DNA of 64,000 nt, from positions 6,073 through 70,072 of the forward strand of contig CAZVLT010000001.1 of NCBI GenBank assembly GCA_964628105.1, given 5' to 3'. A program made the translations under genes and the position numbers. Within the stretch, counting starts at the first letter, position 1. Each line of letters begins with the position of its first letter. A model generated the notes under the pieces. The model did not search any database. It was not told the DNA's origin and worked only from the letters and a program-made list of their open reading frames with translations. The stretch comes from an uncultured Woeseiaceae bacterium (GTDB lineage: Bacteria > Pseudomonadota > Gammaproteobacteria > Steroidobacterales > Woeseiaceae). Below are positions 47,182-55,680 of this stretch, piece after piece.

Positions 47182-48681
47182 ATGAAGCAGTCAAAGCAAG
47201 AAAAACTCATCGGAATCAGCGGTCTCGCCGCCTACCTGCCACCGTATCGCGTGTGGCTCGAGGACTGGTGTGACTGGTCCGGCAACCAGTGGCCCAAGAC
47301 CCGTGAGGTAGTCGGGCGCAGTTTTCGCTTGCGCGGACCGAAGCACAGCGTCTATACGATGGCCGCCAATGCCGTTATCCGACTCATCGATCAATACGAT
47401 GTCGACCCGACGAGGGTCAAATTCCTTGGGCTTGGCACCGAGTCGAGCACTGACAACTCCGCCGGCGCGATCATCGTCAAAGGTATGGTCGACGAGGCAT
47501 TGCAGGCGCGCGGCAAGGCGCCGATAGCGCGAAGTTGCGAGGTACCCGAGTTCAAGCACGCTTGCCTTGGCGGCGTTTATGGCATGAAAGGCGCGATCCG
47601 CCATCTCGCACTGGACGGCGCCGGAGGGCAGGCGATAGTCGTTTGTGCCGACATCGCCGAGTACGCACGCGGCAGCTCGGGCGAACCAACGCAAGGCGCG
47701 GGCGCAGTTGCAATGCTGATTGAGGAGGACCCACAGCTGGCAATCGTCGATCTCGGCGCTTCGGGCTCGGCATCTGACTATCGCATCATGGACTTTCGCA
47801 AACCGATGCTGCGTTTTTGCGGACAGGATCGCTCCGAGACGCACCAGGTACAGGACTTCCCCGTGTTCAACGGCAAGTACTCCACGACCTGTTATATCGA
47901 CGAAACGCTGCATGCATTGAACGACATGTATGAAAAGCGCAATCTCGTTGCCAGTGACTATTTGCGTTCGTTGCGTACTCTGTTCCTGCATCGTCCGTAT
48001 CGACGTATGCCCGAGACCGGCTGGGCCATTTCCTACCTTTTTGCGCTAGGCCAGGGGAATTTCGAAGACGGAAATTCCAAGGATCGTGCAGAACTCGCGT
48101 CCTATTGCTACGAAGCCGGTGTCGACGTCGAGGCAGTACTGGCAGAAATGGCCAGCAAGCCGGACATCACCGAACTGGCGCAGCCCGAGCGACTGCAATA
48201 CGAGGCCTATCCGCTAACGATGGCTGTACTGCGCCCGTTCCGCGCATCACGCCACTATCGCAAGGAAATTCTCGACAAGTTGCGGCTCGGCAGTGACACG
48301 ATGCTCGATCTCGGCAACCTGTATACGGCAGCATTGCCAGCGTGGATGGCGGCAGGTTTCGAGCAAGCGCTCGACGAGGACTCACTGTCACCGGGAGAGG
48401 AAGTACTGACGCTGGGCTATGGCAGCGGCGACGCCGCAGAAGTAATTCCGTTCTTCATGGCCGACGGCTGGAGAAAAGCAGCGGCGAAGATTCATTTTGC
48501 GGACGCGATGAAGTTCGCTATCGATCTTGACCGCCAGCAATATGAAGCGTTACACGACGGTCGGCATTTGGACAGCCTGGACTACGTCGCCCGAAATGAA
48601 TTCGTTATTGATCGAATCGGTCACAACGACGACCGACACTTCACCGATCTTGGCATCGAGTATTACCGCTACATTGCCTAG
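47182..48681 (+). CDS. mvaS: Hydroxymethylglutaryl-CoA synthase (long form, 499 aa)
   Basis: Catalytic Cys context KHACLGGVYG, EPTQGAGAVAMLIEE, FNGKYS. Thiolase-fold condensing-enzyme pattern. Confidence 0.8.
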   Translation: MKQSKQEKLIGISGLAAYLPPYRVWLEDWCDWSGNQWPKTREVVGRSFRLRGPKHSVYTMAANAVIRLIDQYDVDPTRVKFLGLGTESSTDNSAGAIIVKGMVDEALQARGKAPIARSCEVPEFKHACLGGVYGMKGAIRHLALDGAGGQAIVVCADIAEYARGSSGEPTQGAGAVAMLIEEDPQLAIVDLGASGSASDYRIMDFRKPMLRFCGQDRSETHQVQDFPVFNGKYSTTCYIDETLHALNDMYEKRNLVASDYLRSLRTLFLHRPYRRMPETGWAISYLFALGQGNFEDGNSKDRAELASYCYEAGVDVEAVLAEMASKPDITELAQPERLQYEAYPLTMAVLRPFRASRHYRKEILDKLRLGSDTMLDLGNLYTAALPAWMAAGFEQALDEDSLSPGEEVLTLGYGSGDAAEVIPFFMADGWRKAAAKIHFADAMKFAIDLDRQQYEALHDGRHLDSLDYVARNEFVIDRIGHNDDRHFTDLGIEYYRYIA

Positions 48682-48687
48682 CCCAGC

Positions 48688-49260
48688 CTAGACTGGGCCC
48701 GACCCGCGCCTCACACCGCAGTAGCGTGATAACCGTTCGCGAAAATCCGTGTTTAACGCCCGCCATTCCTGTTTTAACCAGGGCGTGTACTGTTCGGGAC
48801 GTTGTTCGAATTCAGCATCAAGTTCCCTCGCTGTGATAAATCGGACGCTTTCGATCTCACTTTCGTTGGCTCGAACGTCGTTATTGGTCCAGCCTAAATA
48901 AACATGGCAAAGCTCGTTCTCCGAGCCCGCCTCGTCGTACTTCGCCTGATATCGAAACCGGTAGACATACTCGAGCTCAGTTTCGATGTTCAGTTCATCG
49001 GCGAGGCGCCGCTTCGTCGCAACCTGCATCGACTCGCCGCGCCGTGGATGACTGCAGCAGCTGTTCGACCAAAAACCCGGCCAGAGACGTTTGCCCTTAC
49101 CGCGCCGCTGCAGCAGCAGCTCGCCTGAATCGTTGAACAAGAATAATGAAAACGCACGGTGCAAAATACCGTCACCTTCATGACACTCGGCTTTCGACCG
49201 GCAACCGATCTCATTGTCATCCACGTCGACGAGAATCAGGTCCTCACTCTCCGATGACAC
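48688..49260 (-). CDS. idi: Isopentenyl-diphosphate delta-isomerase, type 1 (Nudix fold)
   Basis: HRAFSLFLFN, LLLQRRGKGKRLWPGFWSNSCCSHP, E..E Nudix-like motif. Start uncertain: GTG 49260 avoids the 85-nt overlap that the maximal ORF (49362) would have with the upstream gene. Confidence 0.85.
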   Translation of the reverse strand: MSSESEDLILVDVDDNEIGCRSKAECHEGDGILHRAFSLFLFNDSGELLLQRRGKGKRLWPGFWSNSCCSHPRRGESMQVATKRRLADELNIETELEYVYRFRYQAKYDEAGSENELCHVYLGWTNNDVRANESEIESVRFITARELDAEFEQRPEQYTPWLKQEWRALNTDFRERLSRYCGVRRGSGPV

Positions 49261-49277
49261 GATTCTGTGCGAATCAC

Positions 49278-51497
49278 TCAATTGGCATACTCCGACAAGC
49301 TCAATGTCCGGTAGCCCGCCTGCTGCATTGCGCCGCGCACCTCGTCGATTCTGCCAGGGCACATCGCGAGCACCGCTCCACCACCACCAGCGCCCGTGAG
49401 CTTTGCGCCAGCCGCACCATTACAACGAGCCAGTGTGACAATGCGCTCAAGTTCGGGCGTCGACACCTGTATCGCATTGAGAATCCCGTGGCAGATATTC
49501 ATGAGCGCGCCAAGTTCCTCGTACTCTCGCGCCAGTAATAATGCAGCGCCTTGCCGGCTGATCTCATCGATCTGATCAAACAGCGCGTCATACTGTAATG
49601 AATTCTGCTCGTATCGAATTCTGACGCCTTCGACCTGCTCACGCGTGAAGCCCATATCATGGCTGAGCACGATTAGCAGCGGTGGCGCTTCAGCAAGTGC
49701 CAGCGGCTGCGTCTCGAATTCGTCCTGGTTACGAAACAGCGTCGCCTGGGCATACGTCGCGAGCGTATTGTCGATGCCTGAGGGCGTACCATGTGCCAAT
49801 TTCTCGCACTCGAAGGCAATAGCGTTTACGCGTTCATCATCCAGTTCAAGTCCAAGATAACGGCCGAACGCGCGCGTAATCGCCACACTGAGCGCGGCAG
49901 ATGATCCCAGCCCCATACCGCGCGGTAACCGTGAATCTACGGCGATCGCATAGTCACCCTTGCTAACGTCGAGACGCTCGATTATCAAGCTGATGGCTGC
50001 GTCGATACCTTCTGAGCTGCGGCTATCAATGACCTTCCTCAGTCCCCAGTTACGCACATGCAACGTCGTCGTGCCGGCTGCCGCCATGACCGTCGCGTGC
50101 ACGGCGTTCGCTATCGGCAATGCCAGCGCGTGCCGCCCATATACGGCGGCATGCTCTCCGAACAGGATAACCTTGCCAGCCGCGGCAGCTGCATTCGTGT
50201 CCGGTTGGACATCGCCTGTCGTCAGCTCGTCGAGAATTTCCCGTGCTTTCCAGTTCTTGACCTCGCCGCTCGCAATCAGTTTTTCAACGACTTCGTCAAA
50301 CCGCTCATCGGGGGTACCCACCGACGCCGCGAGGCTGCGCGCGTGAAGTTTCATATGGCCTTCCTGGATGCCGCTTGTCGCCAGGGCGCGCAGCGCGGCA
50401 AAATTCTGTGCCAGTCCAACGGCGGCCATCATCGACGCCAGTTGTTCTGCGGAACCGACTGCGGCGATCGCGAGCCCAAGAGCAGCGGCCGGGTTCAATT
50501 CCAGGGTTCCGCCAACAATACCGGTCTTCAACGGTATTTCGATCTCGCCGAGCAAATCGCCCTGCGAGTCAGCTGACCATCGTGTCAGCGGTGAATAGGC
50601 CCCTTCCCTGGCCGCATACGCGTGTGCTGCGGCCTCGATCGCACGCCAGTCATTGCCAGTAGCGATAGCCAGCGCGTCGATGCCATTCATGATGCCCTTG
50701 TTGTGCGTCGTTGCCCGATATGGATCTACAAGAGCGATATCGCTGGCAAGAATGATGCCGTCACGAACCGATGCCCCGTTCAGTCCGTTGCCGGCGAGTC
50801 CGGCTTGCGAATAACGCACGTGCGCCTTCATTACAGATCTGTCGGTCAGGTTGGACAGAATCTGCAGCGATGCGGTGCCGCCGCAGATGTCGGTAATCAG
50901 CGGTGCAACAACCTCACAGATTGTGTTGACGAGATTGGCACCCATCGCATCACAGGTATCGACGAGCACGTGCACTGCGAGAAACGGTGTGCCGTCCGGC
51001 AATGCCAGCGCTCGAAATTCCAACTCTCTTACGCCGCCACCCCTGGCGTGCAGTCGTGGGTGAACCTGGTCCGCCGCATCGACAAGCGCGCTCGCAGATG
51101 CCCGCAGTGAAGCCAGCGCTGCGTCGCGATCCGCCAGGCCGGTGACATGTATCTGGCCAATCAGCAAGGACTCTTCGCATTTCGTAACGAATCCGCCTGC
51201 GTCCCGGGCCAGCCGCGCGCTGCTGCTCAGGGCGGCAACTATCGAAGGCTCTTCGACAACCAAAGGCACGATGCAATCCTGGCCATCGATGATAAAATTC
51301 GGAGCGATCGCGAACGGCAGCCCGAAAACGCCGCACACATTCTCGATCATCTTGTCCGCAGTAGCGGCAGACAAAATCTGTCTGCCGGCAAGCAACTCGT
51401 GCGCCTGCGCCGACGACAGCCATCCGCGGCGTTCAAGTTCGGCAATCCGATCAGTAACACTGAGTTTGTAGAGTCCCGCTACGCGCGAATCGCTCAT
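49278..51497 (-). CDS. Bifunctional fusion: class II HMG-CoA reductase (N-terminal) + mevalonate kinase (C-terminal)
   Basis: HMGR: VVEEPSIVAA, DAMGANLVNT, GHMKLHARSLA. Linker TTGDVQPDTNAAAA at about nt 50181-50225. MVK: GKVILFGEHAAVYG, GMGLGSSAAL, KLTGAGGGG. ATGA overlap with the upstream PMK gene at 51494-51497. Confidence 0.85.
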   Translation of the reverse strand: MSDSRVAGLYKLSVTDRIAELERRGWLSSAQAHELLAGRQILSAATADKMIENVCGVFGLPFAIAPNFIIDGQDCIVPLVVEEPSIVAALSSSARLARDAGGFVTKCEESLLIGQIHVTGLADRDAALASLRASASALVDAADQVHPRLHARGGGVRELEFRALALPDGTPFLAVHVLVDTCDAMGANLVNTICEVVAPLITDICGGTASLQILSNLTDRSVMKAHVRYSQAGLAGNGLNGASVRDGIILASDIALVDPYRATTHNKGIMNGIDALAIATGNDWRAIEAAAHAYAAREGAYSPLTRWSADSQGDLLGEIEIPLKTGIVGGTLELNPAAALGLAIAAVGSAEQLASMMAAVGLAQNFAALRALATSGIQEGHMKLHARSLAASVGTPDERFDEVVEKLIASGEVKNWKAREILDELTTGDVQPDTNAAAAAGKVILFGEHAAVYGRHALALPIANAVHATVMAAAGTTTLHVRNWGLRKVIDSRSSEGIDAAISLIIERLDVSKGDYAIAVDSRLPRGMGLGSSAALSVAITRAFGRYLGLELDDERVNAIAFECEKLAHGTPSGIDNTLATYAQATLFRNQDEFETQPLALAEAPPLLIVLSHDMGFTREQVEGVRIRYEQNSLQYDALFDQIDEISRQGAALLLAREYEELGALMNICHGILNAIQVSTPELERIVTLARCNGAAGAKLTGAGGGGAVLAMCPGRIDEVRGAMQQAGYRTLSLSEYAN

Positions 51498-52489
51498 CGC
51501 TCTTTTTTTCCTGGTTCTTCGTTTCTTGCGCCACTGTGGTCGATACCACACTTGAGCAGCGAAAATGCTGCAGCATTTTCGCCACTTACGAATGCGTCAA
51601 GTTTCGCCTCGTCCGTGCCAAGCAATATGCCAACGTCCCCACCTCCGGCACCACACGGCTTGTAAACGAGCTCCACCTTGGCCGCGGCATCCGCGAGTTG
51701 GCCGTGGCCTGCATCGAATACGCCAAGATCATGGTCTTCACTGAATGCACGAAGCGTTTCGATGTAGTCATAGTAGCCCCCAATAATATTGTCAGCATCA
51801 CCCGAGCGCCATGCAGCCGCCGAAGTTTCGGCGGCCGTTACCAATCGAGCCCGCGACGGTTCCGTGACGGCAGTCTGCAAAGTCGCCAGCCGCGCCGCGG
51901 TGCTTGCCCCGATACCGGTCCACAATAATCGGTACGCGAGCGTTTCCGGCCATTGCAGCGATTTGACTTGCGCTCCTTCCATACGATATTCGATGAGCCC
52001 GCCACGAATGCTGCATGCGATATCAACGCCGCTGCCGACACCGCCCTGCATTGCGGCGTGAGCACGGCCGGCAACACTGGACAGCTCGTCGGCTTCGGTC
52101 AACGCCAGCGTCAACGCGACCGTCAAAGCCGCGCTCGAGCCAACACCGAACTTGGTGCCTGTCTGCTCGTCGATGAAACCGCGAGTATCCAGATCAATCG
52201 TGCAGACTTCGTCTCTGCGCACATTTGCGGCCCGCCAAACGGCGTCGACGAGTTCGAATTTGTCCCGACCTTGCAGCCATTCAGGGCCCTCTGCGCTGGC
52301 GCGGAACACACCGTCTGTTTCCGAGTAGCCCGGTGCGGTAACACGATTCGTTTTACCACGCGACCACGACACTCGAGCGACGGCCCGCCGCTCAATCGCC
52401 ATGCATATCGCGGGCGCCCCGTCGAGTACGGCGTACTCGCCACAGAGAACAACTTTGCCTGGCGCGCTCGTGACAGTCATTGCACTCAT
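51494..52489 (-). CDS. mvaK2: Phosphomevalonate kinase (GHMP/ERG8 type)
   Basis: APGKVVLCGEYAVL N-terminal signature, FGVGSSAALTVAL GHMP motif, KPCGAGGGDVGI. Confidence 0.8.
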   Translation of the reverse strand: MSAMTVTSAPGKVVLCGEYAVLDGAPAICMAIERRAVARVSWSRGKTNRVTAPGYSETDGVFRASAEGPEWLQGRDKFELVDAVWRAANVRRDEVCTIDLDTRGFIDEQTGTKFGVGSSAALTVALTLALTEADELSSVAGRAHAAMQGGVGSGVDIACSIRGGLIEYRMEGAQVKSLQWPETLAYRLLWTGIGASTAARLATLQTAVTEPSRARLVTAAETSAAAWRSGDADNIIGGYYDYIETLRAFSEDHDLGVFDAGHGQLADAAAKVELVYKPCGAGGGDVGILLGTDEAKLDAFVSGENAAAFSLLKCGIDHSGARNEEPGKKER

Positions 52490-52491
52490 TC

Positions 52492-53448
52492 TTAATCGAC
52501 CAGGCGCGCAGCGCTGCCCAGGGTGCTGCTCATCACCTCTATCACACCCGGCGTCGCTGCCAGCGCCACGCGTACAGACTCTGCATCGTCAGGCAAGCAC
52601 ACAGCCTTGACCTGCGGCCCTGCGTCGATGGTAAAAAACACGTTGCAACCTTCCCGTTGCAAGCGACGCACCGTCTCCAGACATTGTATCGTCGCGGAGT
52701 TCCAGTACACCACCGGCGGTCTCGACGCCCACATTACGGAATGCATCTTCAAACAGTTGTGTTCGGCGATGCTCGCGAGCTGTTGGAAGTCGCGATCCAT
52801 AATCGCGTTGCGAGCGGTGTCAAGGTCCTGTGGCTGTCGTTCTACCCAACTGGCATAGAACGGCGACGTCTTGCGACTAATCTCCATAGCGGCTGTCGAG
52901 CCCACGTCCTTCGGCGCGGTTTCCGTGATCGCAACGACGATCATCAATGGCCACGCTTCTGCATCGCATAATGACGTTAGCGTGATGTCGTCGCGGTTGC
53001 TTGACAGCTCAACAAAGCCACCGTACAACGAGCGCGCAGCAGACCCCGACGCCTGGCCGGCCAGCCGTGCCAGCTGCTGATCGTCCAACTTGAGGTCGGC
53101 GGCCGCGGCGGCCGCGACAGTGGTAGCTGCAAAAGCCGCCGCCGAAGACGCAAGCCCGGCGGCAATCGCAAAATTACAAGTCGTGCTTACCCGGGCATAC
53201 AAGCGATCACGGCCTGCTACTGCATCAAGGCACGCGCTAATGCGAGGCAACAGTGCATCGTCTTGCTGGTCATTGACAGTCAGAATATCGCCAGGCAGGC
53301 CAGCGTCGAGCTCGACCGACACTTTCGTGAACAGGTCGCGCAGCGTAATCGATATTGAGCCAACGGCGGGCAGGTTGCGGGTAGTGTCCCGCTTGCCCCA
53401 GTACTTTATAAGCGCAATGTTCGGCTGTGCAATCGCCGTTGCCCGCAT
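52492..53448 (-). CDS. mvaD: Diphosphomevalonate decarboxylase
   Basis: NIALIKYWGKRD signature, GLASSAAAFAA GHMP motif, FFTIDAGPQV. Confidence 0.9.
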   Translation of the reverse strand: MRATAIAQPNIALIKYWGKRDTTRNLPAVGSISITLRDLFTKVSVELDAGLPGDILTVNDQQDDALLPRISACLDAVAGRDRLYARVSTTCNFAIAAGLASSAAAFAATTVAAAAAADLKLDDQQLARLAGQASGSAARSLYGGFVELSSNRDDITLTSLCDAEAWPLMIVVAITETAPKDVGSTAAMEISRKTSPFYASWVERQPQDLDTARNAIMDRDFQQLASIAEHNCLKMHSVMWASRPPVVYWNSATIQCLETVRRLQREGCNVFFTIDAGPQVKAVCLPDDAESVRVALAATPGVIEVMSSTLGSAARLVD

Positions 53449-53539
53449 GTGCCTGTTTCCCGGTTTTGTCAGGTTCTAAGGGACGCGAATTATAGCCCAG
53501 TCGGACTCGCGCACACTGGCAGATTTCCGTGTACGCTAC

Positions 53540-54460
53540 ATGGCCCCATCCAAAGTGAGCCAGCACGCGTTGTCGGAACAATTCAAGAATCGGATCGCAA
53601 GCTACACACAGCGTGTGGATGAAAAGCTCAATGCAGCATTACCGCCTGAATCGCAGAGTCCCGTGCGACTACACCAGGCGATGCGATATTCCGTATTCAA
53701 TGGCGGTAAACGTGTTCGACCGTTGCTGGTTTATGCGGCAGGCGAGTGCCTGGGCGTCGACGCCGACTTGCTCGACACCCCGGCGGTAGCCATCGAGCTG
53801 ATACACGCATTCTCGCTGGTTCATGACGATCTGCCCGCTATGGACAACGATGATCTGCGCCGCGGCAAGCCCACTGTCCACAAGAAGTACGATGAGGCCA
53901 CAGCGATACTTGCGGCTGATGCGTTGCAACCGCTGGCATTTTCAGTTCTTGCAAATATGCAAGGCGTATCGGTCGCGGCGAGAGTCCACCTGGTGCAGCT
54001 CCTCGCCGAAGCTTGTGGCTCTATCGGCATGACAGGGGGCCAGTCTATAGATCTCGCGGCCGAAGGGCAGTCACTCACGGCAGCAGAAGTCGAACACATG
54101 TATTCGCTCAAGACCGGCGCACTTATCCATGCGGCAGTTGTCTCCACCTGCTTGCTGCGTGATGATGTTTCCGCAGTGCACGCGAGCGCCCTCGACGACT
54201 TCGGTCGTGCGATCGGCGTTGCGTTCCAGATCAAAGACGACCTTCTCGACGTCGAAGGCGAGACCGAGATTATTGGCAAGCCTGCCGGTTCGGACCAGTC
54301 ACTCAACAAAGCGACTTATCCGTCGCTGTTCGGCATCGCGGCGTCACGAAAACGCTGCGACGAATTGTTAGCCGGTGCGCTGCTGAATCTCGAGTCTCTT
54401 GGTCACTCCGCCGCATCACTGACATGGCTCGCCCGCTACATCGTCGAGCGCGGTGATTAA
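53540..54460 (+). CDS. ispA: (2E,6E)-farnesyl diphosphate synthase
   Basis: FARM SLVHDDLPAMDNDDLRRGKPT and SARM FQIKDDLLD. Confidence 0.9.
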   Translation: MAPSKVSQHALSEQFKNRIASYTQRVDEKLNAALPPESQSPVRLHQAMRYSVFNGGKRVRPLLVYAAGECLGVDADLLDTPAVAIELIHAFSLVHDDLPAMDNDDLRRGKPTVHKKYDEATAILAADALQPLAFSVLANMQGVSVAARVHLVQLLAEACGSIGMTGGQSIDLAAEGQSLTAAEVEHMYSLKTGALIHAAVVSTCLLRDDVSAVHASALDDFGRAIGVAFQIKDDLLDVEGETEIIGKPAGSDQSLNKATYPSLFGIAASRKRCDELLAGALLNLESLGHSAASLTWLARYIVERGD

Positions 54461-54464
54461 GCGG

Positions 54465-55637
54465 ATGTCACAATCAACACGCAGTATTCTGCACGTTGAC
54501 ATGGACGCCTTCTATGCGTCCGTCGAACAGCGAGATAATCCCGGGCTCAAAGGCAAGCCGGTCGTTGTCGGCGGCGGTACCAACAGGGGCGTTGTTGCGG
54601 CTGCAAGTTACGAGGCGCGCAAATTCGGCATTCGGTCGGCCATGCCGATGGCCGAAGCGATGCGGCGCTGCGCGAATCTCTGCCGCGTCAAACCGCGAAT
54701 GTCGCACTATAAAGTTGTATCCGAGCAGATCTTCACTATTTTTCGCGACTTCACGCCACTCGTTGAGGGCCTTTCGCTGGATGAAGCATTTCTTGACGTA
54801 ACCGCCAGCGTCACACTATTCGGCTCGCCTACAAGAATCGCGCAGGAGATAAAGAAGCGAATCAAAGCAGACACCGGCTTGACGGCATCTGTCGGAGTTG
54901 CGGCTAACAAGCTCGTCGCAAAAATAGCGTCCGAGCTCGACAAACCGAATGGGCTGACCATCGTCGGCCCTGGCGATTATGAGAAAAAGCTTGATCCGCT
55001 TCCCGCACGGGTCATTCCCGGGATTGGCCCGGAAACCCTTAAGAAGCTAGGTGGCGTCGGTATCAGCACCGTGCGCGATCTTCGACTGGCAAGCGACCGG
55101 GATCTGGAGCCAATATTCGGGCGCTACACGCAAAAGACTCGCGATCGAGCAGCGGGTATCGACGCGAGGCCAGTCGTACCCTCTCGTGACGAGAAGTCAA
55201 TTAGCGCCGAGGAAACCTACGACACAGATTTGGCCAGCCCGGTGGATATGGATCGCGAGTTGCTGCGCCTGACCGAGAGGTCGGCGAGCCGCATGCGCAT
55301 GGCGGCCGTGAGCGCGAACACGGTGAAGATCAAGATTCGCCGCGCTGACTTCAAAACCTACACCCGACAGCGTAGCGTCAGACCACCCGCCAACGGCACA
55401 GAGCAGATCTACGCTGTTGCACGAGACTTACTGCAAGCCTGGCTGGCCAACAATCCCGGCGCGAAAATCCGCCTGCTCGGCGTCGGCGGCAGCAACCTGG
55501 TGCCAGCAGAGCAGCAGGACCTGTTTGCCACAGACAGTGAACAAGGCAAGATGGTAGTCGACAACACGGTTGATGAAATCCGTGATCGCTTCGGCACCAG
55601 CTCTGTTGCCCGGGCGAGGACCTTGGACAGGCACTGA
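54465..55637 (+). CDS. dinB: DNA polymerase IV (Y-family)
   Basis: ILHVDMDAFYASVEQRDNP, SLDEAFLDVT, ASVGVAANKLVAKIAS. ATG 54465 is 5 nt after the ispA stop; an overlapping GTG at 54453 is an alternative. Confidence 0.92.
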   Translation: MSQSTRSILHVDMDAFYASVEQRDNPGLKGKPVVVGGGTNRGVVAAASYEARKFGIRSAMPMAEAMRRCANLCRVKPRMSHYKVVSEQIFTIFRDFTPLVEGLSLDEAFLDVTASVTLFGSPTRIAQEIKKRIKADTGLTASVGVAANKLVAKIASELDKPNGLTIVGPGDYEKKLDPLPARVIPGIGPETLKKLGGVGISTVRDLRLASDRDLEPIFGRYTQKTRDRAAGIDARPVVPSRDEKSISAEETYDTDLASPVDMDRELLRLTERSASRMRMAAVSANTVKIKIRRADFKTYTRQRSVRPPANGTEQIYAVARDLLQAWLANNPGAKIRLLGVGGSNLVPAEQQDLFATDSEQGKMVVDNTVDEIRDRFGTSSVARARTLDRH

Positions 55638-55680
55638 TTAGGGTAGAATTGAGAAACTGTCTGGGCTGCGGCAAGGAATC

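Noticed and set aside
47182-53539. Mevalonate cluster as a recently acquired genomic island
   Set aside because: No flanking tRNA, integrase, transposase, direct repeats or obvious compositional break is visible by eye. The flanking genes are ordinary and tightly packed, so only the pathway's rarity in the class, not island structure, supports horizontal origin.
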